Assembly (NCBI GenBank): GCA_046563655.1
Contig: CM102284.1
Coordinates: forward strand, 1-64,000
Direction of reading: 5' to 3'
Length of the DNA stretch: 64,000 bases
Source of the DNA: Yuukianura sp. NJ FZ-2021
Lineage: Eukaryota
Shown here in pieces: positions 11,901 to 22,700 of this stretch (positions are counted from its first letter, which is position 1; every line of letters starts with the position of its first letter). Both the position numbers and the translations under genes were made by a program. Below the pieces are notes generated by a model, which made no database searches, was not told where the DNA came from, and worked only from the letters and a program-made list of their open reading frames with translations.

Positions 11901-14175
11901 TTGAGCTGCATGAGGCGATCTCTGAGGGTTTTTGTTCAATTTGTTCCTTTTGAGCTGCATGAGGCGATCTCTGAGGGTTTTTGTTCAATTTGTTCCTTTT
12001 GAGCTGCATGAGGCGATCTCTGAGGGTTTTTGTTCAATTTGTTCCTTTTGAGCTGCATGAGGCGATCTCTGAGGGTTTTTGTTCAATTTGTTCCTTTTGA
12101 GCTGCATGAGGCGATCTCTGAGGGTTTTTGTTCAATTTGTTCCTTTTGAGCTGCATGAGGCGATCTCTGAGGGTTTTTGTTCAATTTGTTCCTTTTGAGC
12201 TGCATGAGGCGATCTCTGAGGGTTTTTGTTCAATTTGTTCCTTTTGAGCTGCATGAGGCGATCTCTGAGGGTTTTTGTTCAATTTGTTCCTTTTGAGCTG
12301 CATGAGGCGATCTCTGAGGGTTTTTGTTCAATTTGTTCCTTTTGAGCTGCATGAGGCGATCTCTGAGGGTTTTTGTTCAATTTTGTTCAATTTGTTCCTT
12401 TTGAGCTGCATGAGGCGATCTCTGAGGGTTTTTGTTCAATTTGTTCCTTTTGAGCTGCATGAGGCGATCTCTGAGGGTTTTTGTTCAATTTGTTCCTTTT
12501 GAGCTGCATGAGGCGATCTCTGAGGGTTTTTGTTCAATTTGTTCCTTTTGAGCTGCATGAGGCGATCTCTGAGGGTTTTTGTTCAATTTGTTCCTTTTGA
12601 GCTGCATGAGGCGATCTCTGAGGGTTTTTGTTCAATTTGTTCCTTTTGAGCTGCATGAGGCGATCTCTGAGGGTTTTTGTTCAATTTGTTCCTTTTGAGC
12701 TGCATGAGGCGATCTCTGAGGGTTTTTGTTCAATTTGTTCCTTTTGAGCTGCCAATTTGTTCCTTTTGAGCTGCATGAGGCGATCTCTGAGGGTTTTTGT
12801 TCAATTTGTTCCTTTTGAGCTGCATGAGGCGATCTCTGAGGGTTTTTGTTCAATTTGTTCCTTTTGAGCTGCATGAGGCGATCTCTGAGGGTTTTTGTTC
12901 AATTTGTTCCTTTTGAGCTGCATGAGGCGATCTCTGAGGGTTTTTGTTCAATTTGTTCCTTTTGAGCTGCATGAGGCGATCTCTGAGGGTTTTTGTTCAA
13001 TTTGTTCCTTTTGAGCTGCATGAGGCGATCTCTGAGGGTTTTTGTTCAATTTGTTCCTTTTGAGCTGCATGAGGCGATCTCTGAGGGTTTTTGTTCAATT
13101 TGTTCCTTTTGAGCTGCATGAGGCGATCTCTGAGGGTTTTTGTTCAATTTGTTCCTTTTGAGCTGCATGAGGCGATCTCTGAGGGTTTTTGTTCAATTTG
13201 TTCCTTTTGAGCTGCATGAGGCGATCTCTGAGGGTTTTTGTTCAATTTGTTCCTTTTGAGCTGCATGAGGCGATCTCTGAGGGTTTTTGTTCAATTTGTT
13301 CCTTTTGAGCTGCATGAGGCGATCTCTGAGGGTTTTTGTTCAATTTGTTCCTTTTGAGCTGCATGAGGCGATCTCTGAGGGTTTTTGTTCAATTTGTTCC
13401 TTTTGAGCTGCATGAGGCGATCTCTGAGGGTTTTTGTTCAATTTGTTCCTTTTGAGCTGCATGAGGCGATCTCTGAGGGTTTTTGTTCAATTTGTTCCTT
13501 TTGAGCTGCATGAGGCGATCTCTGAGGGTTTTTGTTCAATTTGTTCCTTTTGAGCTGCATGAGGCGATCTCTGAGGGTTTTTGTTCAATTTGTTCCTTTT
13601 GAGCTGCATGAGGCGATCTCTGAGGGTTTTTGTTCAATTTGTCTCCTTTTGAGCTGCATGAGGCGATCTCTGAGGGTTTTTGTTCAATTTGTTCCTTTTG
13701 AGCTGCATGAGGCGATCTCTGAGGGTTTTTGTTCAATTTGTGTCTCTGAGGGTTTTTGTTCAATTTGTTCCTTTTGAGCTGCATGAGGCGATCTCTGAGG
13801 GTTTTTGTTCAATTTGTTCCTTTTGAGCTGCATGAGGCGATCTCTGAGGGTTTTTGTTCCAATTTGTTCCTTTTGAGCTGCATGAGGCGATCTCTGAGGG
13901 TTTTGTTCAATTTGTTCCTTTTGGAGCTGCATGAGGCGATCTCTGAGGGTTTTTGTTCAATTTGTTCCTTTTGAGCTGCATGTGAGGCGACTTCTGAGGG
14001 TTTTTGTTCAATTTGTTCCTTTTGAGCTGCATGAGGCGATCTCTGAGGGTTTTTGTTCAATTTGTTCCTTTTGAGCTGCATGAGGCGATCTCTGAGGTTT
14101 TTGTTCAATTTGTTCCTTTTGAGCTCAGGCGATCTCTGATTTGTTCAATTTGTTCCTTTGAGCTGCATGAGGCGA
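8938..14175. repeat. 49-bp tandem satellite, ~107 copies, putative telomere-associated sequence
   Basis: Unit gggtttttgttcaatttgttccttttgagctgcatgaggcgatctctga. It appears identical by eye up to ~12378, with indels accumulating toward the gap. Confidence 0.97.
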
Positions 14176-14232
14176 TTAGGTTAGGTTAGCTGTTGGGTTA
14201 GGTTGAGGGTTAGGTTAGGTTTAGGTTAGGTT
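14176..14232 (+). repeat. Degenerate (TTAGG)n arthropod-type telomeric repeat at the contig end
   Basis: ttaggttaggttagc...gttaggttaggtttaggttaggtt lies just before the N gap, with the G-rich strand pointing toward the end. Confidence 0.75.
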
Positions 14233-14251
14233 CAATTTGTTCCTTTTGGGT

Positions 14252-14351
14252 NNNNNNNNNNNNNNNNNNNNNNNNNNNNNNNNNNNNNNNNNNNNNNNNN
14301 NNNNNNNNNNNNNNNNNNNNNNNNNNNNNNNNNNNNNNNNNNNNNNNNNNN
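14252..14351. other. Assembly gap (100 N)
   Basis: Run of exactly 100 n, a typical arbitrary scaffolding spacer. Confidence 0.99.
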
Positions 14352-14545
14352 AACGTTAATACTCTAACTACTGTTATAATATACGGAGGAGAAAGTGGTC
14401 GGAACTAATTGTTTGGGATATAAATTGTAAAATCCAAAGTAGATTTAGTAAATGATAAGATGAGTACAACGTTAGACCACTTCGGTATGTACCCACATGC
14501 GTGGATTCCACAATGGAATTCCGAAGGAAGTTAGGAGGTTGGGGG

Positions 14546-16398
14546 TCAAGTGGGGGGTTCTGCGTGGAAAGTGTCCTTGAGCGCCACGGAGAAGATTCTG
14601 CCGACATTGGCTGCTCTCTTCTGTTCCAGTTTTGTGCGCAGGTCATCTTGATGAATGACGTTGAACGGGGACTTGGACAGAGCAGCAGTCGGTCGCTTCG
14701 ACGAATCCATCTTTCCGGAAAAGTCATCTCTTCCATCCGAATCTTCATTGTTCGGTCCACTCCGCGGGGAATCTCCAACAGCATCTCTCTCCAACTTGTC
14801 TTCGTGTGGCCTGGATTTTTTAGCCGCTGCACCCAATCGGCTTGGAATCCAACCTGAATTTGTCTCCTTCCTTGCCGCAACTTTGGATTCAAGGGCGATT
14901 GGTTCTTTGGGAGACTTGGAAGGAATTCCTTCCGGTGAGGATTTTAGGCTCACTTTTCCACTCTGGCTCACTCCAGACTCGAATTTCATCTTGCGCCTTC
15001 TAATCTTCAATCGCTGTTCCTCAGTTAAGTTTCTCAAGTCTCCTTCCGAAGATGGGCTTCTGCTTCTTCCCGTCTCTTCCTTAGCCGACTTTGGATTTGT
15101 TCCTTTGTTTCCAAGTGGAGATCTGCTGTTTCGTTGTGGACTTGCATGTCGAGAGTAATTCCGATTTCCCTTCCTGTCCCTTTCGCCTACTCGAAGTCTG
15201 TGGTCTCCAAAGGACAGGATGCTCCTGCGACTAGGAGAACTGGAACTGCGCCCATCACCTGATCCATTCACTTCACTCCTTCGTTTCTGCACAGTCCGGG
15301 CACTGTCACTCTCAGCATTAAGTCTGCTTTTGGGATTGAGTCTCCACCGGTCACGGGATCTTGAATGTGAGTCTTGTCCATACCTTCTTCCTTCACTTTC
15401 TCTGAATGTGATGGGAGACAGACATTCCTTGCGACTCCCTGTCTTGGACTGTCTTTTTTCAGGGGGCGAAGGTCGGCGACGAAGGGGAGGGCGGTATCGC
15501 CTGCATGCTGGAGATTTCGAGCGACGACTTCGATAGTGATTTCCTGAATGAGGGGAGAGCGGCCTCCGCAGTCTCTGGCGAGAGGATCCTTGTTCTCTCC
15601 GATCTCTGGAACACGGAGAGCTGGAACTCTGTTTTTTGGCATTCCTTTTCGGACTTGGCATCTTTCCTGGCTCTTCTGGATTAGTTCTTAGCCTATAAAT
15701 GTAAATGTTTTTATGATCAACTTGAAACAAAAAGTAAACAGAAACATTGAATGAGAACCTACCGTTTGGAATCTGTGGGACCAGAGGTGGATTCTGAGTT
15801 TACATCTGAGGATGTCCGTTTCTTGGACCCTCTAATTTCCTCTTCAACTGAATTTAGAATCTCGTCGAAAGAATCATGACTGGCTAAACTGACGGCATCT
15901 TCAGCCTCTTCTTCCTCTGGACTTGACATGTTCTCACCCTCCGACACAACAACTTCCTCAATCACTTGATCCACATCACCAGATGAAACAGAAAGTCCCT
16001 CTTCTAAAAAAACACACCAGTCAGCGACAAATTCATAACAACGTCCAGTTTCTTTGGGTTCATTGGTTGTGATAATTACCGACAACAGCATATTCGCTCC
16101 CACTGCTCGTCTCGTCATCACTCTGTCCGTTGTCATCGTCCTCTTCTATGGGGGGGCCATCATTCTCATTCTTCTTTTGGATTTCTTCCACCGGTTGAAT
16201 TGAGATGAGGTTGGAGTTTGACACTGGACGGTAAAAGACCTAATACAATACAAAAGAAACACTATGAGGATTGAAAAGTACTCAAGTGGACAGGGATTCA
16301 CTCACAGCACTCGTTTGGACTGGGAAGTTGTTCTTGAGGAGACTGCTGAGGGCCAGTTGTCGTAAGTTCTCCAAGTCAGTGTCGTCCGAGTCACTCAT
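14546..16398 (-). CDS. Ser/Arg-rich, probably nuclear, low-complexity protein (~546 aa)
   Basis: Exons 16398-16306, 16239-16080, 16003-15763 and 15692-14546 join in frame (MSDSDDTDLENLRQLALSS; acidic region; RS/SP-rich region; KIRRRKMKFES; DDLRTKLEQKR). Confidence 0.8.
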
Positions 16399-16674
16399 CG
16401 CTAACAACCAACTGACCTAAGGATATAAAAACACATGTCAAAACTGATTCCCTTTTAATAAGTTACATTGTTACCGTTTAGTTGATTGGAGATGAGGCTT
16501 CCTCCACTAATCCTCCAGATCAAGTGAATATGAACAGTTGCACAAGTTGTTATTCAAACTGAAGCAAAGCAACAGACAGTTATTCCTGATTACTAATTAA
16601 TTTAGTACTATTAATTGTTTTCTTGTAATCGAAGTGTGAAGATTAAATCTAAAAACTTAAACTTTTTAAATTAG

Positions 16675-16869
16675 GTTCCCGCACTTTGTCTCAAGTGCAA
16701 AACATAGGAGTGTCTAAGAATCAGATAACTCTATCTGCAGTTTCTACTCTTTTCCGAGTATTAGCCTCTGATAGTCACTTTGTGGCGGAATTTTTGTTAC
16801 ACGCGCGGTCCGCACTCAGAAAAGGAAAAAGTTATAAATAGGACCAGAGGAGTTACTTGTTACTCCTCT
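16675..16869 (+). ncRNA. Conserved structured non-coding element, copy A (candidate small RNA gene or promoter module; strand uncertain)
   Basis: Shares identical blocks of 25, 18, 14 and 12 nt with the reverse complement of 53014-53220. Contains AATTTTTG (16789-16796), TATAAATA and a terminal hairpin. Confidence 0.4.
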
Positions 16870-17157
16870 GTGCAGTAGAAGTTGTGGGGTGAAGTGGGCT
16901 TGAATAAAGTTGGAGCGAAGGTAGGCGCTATTTTCAAATTCAGATTGCGCAGCGTGCAATTGCGTCCGCGTGTTTTTGTGATCAAGTCCCTGTTTTCAGA
17001 TTCACTTTGGAATTCATCCTTGTCAGCAGTAGTCGTTCATCCAATTGTCATTACATTGACCTCGACGTCGTTCAACCAAAGGTCACCGTCTCTTCATTGA
17101 TTAATTTACAAGTTCTTTCCTGGTAAGAAGAACAGAATAGTTGAAGGCAACATGATC

Positions 17158-18957
17158 ATGGCAGCCGAGAAACGAAAGGTAAGTCTTCCTAATTTTTCTT
17201 CCTAACTTGAGTCTTGACTTAATTATGACTTGATTGTGTTTGCAGTCCGTTGGGGGAAACAATACCCCATCCAAATTTACCAAAAACCAACAAGGTAAAT
17301 CCCCTGGAGGACCTCAAGGTCATCGCCCCAAATTCGGAGGAAACAAGTCCTTCGGTGGTCAACAAAGTCCCAAGCAGCAACAAGGCAAAGGTAACCAGTT
17401 AATTCCTTTCAGATAGTATCTGGAATCAACTTTTCAACACACTGTTTTTGGCTGTAGGTGGAAATCCTCCGAAACAGCAACAGAAGCATGACAATCAGAA
17501 GAGTCAACCTCAGAATTTGAACAAGAAAGTGGCTCCTCCACCATTGGGTGCAAAGAAAGTGGAAGTGACGAAAGCCACTTCTCCACCGAAAGCTCCAGCC
17601 ACGCAACACCCAAAGCAGAAGTTCCAGAAGAAAGATCAAGCCAAGGGAGGATTGAATAAAGTGTCTGCGCAGAGTAAGAACATTTTCAAGAAATCCAAGA
17701 AGAGCCGATTCCAACGTTTCACTAGCGTAAGTAATCCACGGTTTCGCACTAGCATCTTCCCAATCGGTAAACTTGTGACTGTGTTTAGAAATTGGCTTCC
17801 AATCCAAGACCGGCTGGAGCGTGCGAGCGAGCAATGAAGGCAGAGCAGGAGCTGGGTCATGGTGGTCGTGTGTACTTGATCAAAGTGCATGATCCTCCCA
17901 TCACAGAGCAAATTGTAAAGGCGTGGCATGGCGGCATCGAAACTGCAGTCTTTGCCAAATCTGTCGAACCCAGACAGTTTCTCGTCATCTTCAAACACGA
18001 CGCAGACGTCAAGAAGGGAGTGGAAGCCTTGAAGAAAGTCAAATTCGCTGGTTCAAATATCACCGTAAGGAAACATTCCCAGTTCATTCTAAAACCTGCA
18101 AGTATCTTTATTCTCTTGCTTGGGTTGATCTAACTTTGTTTTTATTGTAAGGTGGAGGAGAAACTGGACAGTGACACGCGTGTGACGAATAACCCTGAGC
18201 ACATTGACCCATTTTGTCTCTACGTGACGAACATTCATGCAGATGCGACTAGAGAGGATGTGAAGAAACTCTTTTCCAAATGTACTACAGTCACCAATCC
18301 CAGGAAACACAATCCGAAAATCGGGTAAGAGATCTTAATCCTAGTTTCTAAATTCCATTTAAGACTAATGGGTTGTGCCTGTTTGGTAGGACTTCGACCA
18401 AGTTTTGTTTCGTTGCCTTTGAGTCTGCTAACGATGCTTTGGCTGGATTGAAGGACAACTACAATGCAACGTTGGCTGGGAACACGATTGTGATGAGGTT
18501 CCGACGTGAGAGTGCAAAGGAGCTCAAAGCGAGAGAACGGTCGACGGAGGCTGCAGTGGCCCCGAACAAGGGAGCTCAACAGGCCAAGGAACCTCAGAAG
18601 AAAGTAGACAAGAAGCCACTCAAGGCTGAGCCACAAAGTGAGGATGATGATGACGAGGATGAGGAAGAAACGGCGTTGGGTGGACCCGTTGCTGCGGCGG
18701 AGGATGACGACGAAGATGATGACGATGACGACGAGGTACGCTTATGCTGGAAAAAACAAAATAGGATTTAGAAACTATTTGGAATGAAGATGAAACTTTT
18801 AAATAGTTGTTTTATCCAACTTACAATCACTGTTTGTTGTTTTTAGGAGCTGGGAGTTGGTGAGGAAGATGATGATGAAGATGACGACGACGATGATGAT
18901 GACCTGGATGACGATGATGATGATGATGATGATGACGATGATGATGATGATGAGTAG
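17158..18957 (+). CDS. Nucleolin/modulo-like RNA-binding protein: Lys/Gln/Gly-rich N-terminus, two RRMs, C-terminal Asp/Glu tract
   Basis: Exons 17158-17178, 17246-17390, 17458-17726, 17789-18064, 18152-18324, 18390-18735 and 18847-18957. RNP2-like LYVTNI and RNP1-like KFCFVAF / RQFLVIF motifs, plus a poly-D tail. Confidence 0.8.
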
Positions 18958-19749
18958 TTATTTTTATATTCCGGAAAGTAATCTACAGTTGTCCTTTTGT
19001 AGAAATAAGTTTATGACTTGATATATTGTTTACATTACTTCTATGAGCCATGATTAGACTTTGGATACGAACTTACTAAAATCCTCATCCACTGTTCTTT
19101 GAATATGCTTGGATGTTTTAAGATGAATAAACCTTTCTTCTACAACTTATTCTCTAAAAATCGCGATTCCAGAACTAATTACGCAACAAGTGAGGCAATA
19201 CGGTCTTAGTTTTAATTACTTCGTTAGGTATGTAGTATGTGTTGGATTTTTGTTTGTGGATTGTTTTGAGTTTACTTTTGAATTTTTGAAGAGATTTCCC
19301 GCACTGGAGAACAGTGTCTAATTGTCAGAAAACAACGGGAGCACTTTGCCTCTTCCGGTGATTAGTCAACTGTACAATTTGAACATGCGACTTGAGGGCG
19401 GGAATTATTTTCAAAAGTTAAAAACAAAACAAATGTTGTTAAAAAACAGAAATTGGATTTGGAAACACAGTGAGTAGAGTAGGAATGTGAGTGATCAATT
19501 AAAATAGTAATTGGAATGATAATTGGTTGTTGTCTGCAGTTGAAATTGGAGTGATTGAAGAGATGAACTTGTATGGAGCGGAGGATGGGCTTGTGATCGG
19601 TGGCTGGGGCAACCACAGCAGTGCACAAATGGTAAAATCCAAACAAACATTCAAATCCCAACTTTGTAGATTGGAGAGTCAGTTGAAGATACTTTTTTGG
19701 TTTTGCAGGAAGGTGACTTGGATTGGAGATTTTTTTCAAGTGAATCACA

Positions 19750-22700
19750 ATGGGAACAGCATTCGTCGCTCTTCTTTTGTTGTTTCTGTGCCTGGATGGA
19801 GTGTGTGGGACAAAGGGCAAGTCCTGTGCCGTGATTGAGGTGGAGAAGGAGAGGCATGCCAACAGCATCGTCAAGGCAGAAGCCCAGTATGGGAAGGAGT
19901 GGTGCTGGAGACAGGAGCTCGTCAGGAAAACTGGCCGTAAGTAATTCCATCTTCATCAATCACTACTTTGAGCACAAACTAATTGAAATGTTGTTTCAGA
20001 GCGGAATTGCACGAGTGGAGACATGATTGGGCCACACACCAACGAACATGCTCCTCTCAAGTACTTTTTCACACTCTTCGTCATCATTGGCTACGGAGCC
20101 ATTGTGCGCACGATCCTCAAGAGTTACGCACTTCCCATTCCATACACGGTTATCTTTTCAATAAACCTACTTTACTAACAATTTAAATCATGAGTTCACT
20201 CTTTAACTTGACTTTTGATTCCAGGTTGTGCTCATGATTTCTGGACTCTGCTTTGGGTTCCTGTCCAAGAGCTACTGCGACGACTTGAACGAGTACACTG
20301 CCATTGCCAGGTCACCACCCAAGGTCATCCTCTTCACCTTTCTGCCCATTCTCATCTTTGAATCAGCATTCTCCATTCCAGTACATACATTCATGCGCAG
20401 TCTGTCACAGGTAACCAACAACTTTTCAATTCCTTTCCAGAAAAAAAGACAACTTTAAAAAGGAATCTTTGTTTTCACTTTGTGTAGATTCTGGTGACAG
20501 CATTTCCGGGTAAGGATGGTAGTTTTTGTTGTAATTTGGAGAAACACTTACTCTCTTTCTTTGTAGGAATGATCATCTCCACTTTTGCAACAGCAGGAGT
20601 TGCCATTTTGTTTCTCAGAGACTACGACTGGGACTTGAAGACGGCTGGACTCTTCGGATCAATCAGTCAGTTTACCACACTTACAAGTTGTAGATTTGAG
20701 GACTAATTTGGATTCTGTTTTTTGTAGTCAGCGCCACGGATCCAGGTACAACTACACTTTTTGAAGTGATGAAAGTGATGGAACTGTTTTTGTTTTGGCA
20801 GTGGCTGTCGTTGCAATTCTGCGAGAGTTGGGTAAGGCTTTGGCCCTTGACAGTTCATGAGTTGTGACTTTGATGTTGGATTTCCCTGTTCCAGGAACTT
20901 CTGAAATGCTGAGTGTGAACATTGAGGGGGAGTCTCTGTTAAACGACGGAGTGGCCATTCTGCTCTACGAAGTCTTTGAAAGTGAGTTCCACTTGGATCC
21001 TTCCATTGAAGTGAATAATTGGACGTTGTTTGTAGAAATCATGCTGTGTGACATCAACACGGAGACTCTGGGGGCGTGGAGTGTGATCGGAAACATAACA
21101 TTGATGTTTGTCCAAATTGCAATCGGAGGGTAAGTACTTTGTCCTACTTTTAACTTCCAGTTTGACCTTTTTAAATTAAAAATGTTGTTGTTTGGAGGCC
21201 GATCTTTGGGTGGGTGATGGCTAAAATTACAATTTTGTGTCTCTCTCGAATCTTCAACGATGCAGTTGTGGAAGTGACGTTGACACTCGTCGCAGCCTAC
21301 CTCACCTATTTTGTCGGTGAGTCTAAATTCTTACATTTCAAAACATTTGAGTTGAATTGAAAACTGATTGATTTTTCAGGAGAAAGAATTCTGGGAGTGT
21401 CTGGTGTGATGGCGGTTGTGAGTAAGTGGAATTTAGAAACCAAGTGAAATGAAGTTTAAAAAGTAGTGGTTGTTGTTAAGGTCTTGGTCTGACGATGAGT
21501 TCAGAAAGGACTTGCATCAGTCCGGAAGTGGAGTCGAGTGTGCACCACTTCTGGGAGATGCTGGGCTATCTGGCCAACACTGTCCTCTTTGTCTTTGTCG
21601 GAATCATCATCGCAGTAAGTACACTTATTCTGTCATTCTTTCATTCTATTTGTGGAGCCTTAAGTTTGTTGTGTGCAGGAAACGGCATTCAAGTCGGCTG
21701 GATGGACTGATTTGTACTACTTGGGTATAACAATGTACACTCTCTTTCAAACATAGCATTTCAAACACTCAATTCTTTCCAGGTTTTCTGTACATCGCTT
21801 TGAATTTGATTCGGTACTACTTGAACTACCTTTTCATTTTTACAATTTTCATTATTTCCATTCCATTCCATTTTTTAACTTGGAGGTTCATGATGCTTCT
21901 GGTTTTGTACCCACTTTTGGCCCACATTGGATACGGATTGACTTGGGAAAATGTAAAACACAATTCACAATTTACAACTAAAGTTTGAAACTTTCCTTTG
22001 AAATGGCTAACTTGTTTTGGTGCAGATGATGATCATGATGTGGGGAGGACTGCGTAAGAACCACACGTCATTTGTAATCCATCATTTTCCTCTGCTTAAT
22101 GTTTTGTGATTTTTGTTTTGAGGTGGGGCCGTGGGTCTGTGTCTCACACTGGAGGTTTACAACGGAGAACTGTGCACTTCCTACGGCAGAATTGGACCAA
22201 TGGTAACTCCAAACATATAAACTCCAAGAGTCAAAGTTAAATTCCTCTCTTTTCAAATTTTTCTATCTTTTCAGTTTCTGTTCCAAACTGCTGGCGTTGT
22301 GATTCTGACTCTGTGTGTGAATGGGACGACGACTGAGACACTCCTGCGCATTCTGCATCTCACTGACATTTCTGCCGGAAGACTGCAGGACATGCGGAAT
22401 GCAGTGAAGCAGTTGCACCACACGAAGGTCAAGGCAGTGGCCATGTTGAAACACGACCGCTTCCTGGCGGATGCGAACTGGCGCATAGTGGACAAGTACA
22501 CGACGATCACCGACCCCTATGTCACCACCACCCAAAAACCACTTCTAGTAGAGGTTCCCAGCATCCTCTCCCTCCGCCCAACTGCCAAGGACCACACCAC
22601 ACAATGTGCATGTAACACAAACATACTAACTACTCAAAACTTTAAGCATTTCCTACTTTGTAGTCATTTGAATTCCTCCTTAGTTTGTCACCATGAAATC

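Noticed and set aside
8938-14175. CRISPR array or coding repeat
   Set aside because: Units are head-to-tail with no unique spacers, there are no cas genes and the context is eukaryotic. The ORFs arise only where indels bypass stops.
14374-15642. Overlapping ORFs within the SR-rich gene
   Set aside because: Antisense or alternate-frame shadows of the long final exon, with no independent support.
16671-16869. Telomerase RNA, SL RNA or self-cleaving ribozyme identity for the duplicated element
   Set aside because: No CUAACC-type template is shared by both copies (ttaggtt at 16671 is absent from copy B). There is no conserved splice donor, and the hammerhead, twister and HDV core motifs are incomplete.
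19295-19335. Third copy of the duplicated element (ttcccgcact...agtgtctaa...tcaga)
   Set aside because: Only short words match, with different spacing. tttcccgc is a common E2F-type promoter word, so homology is not supportable.
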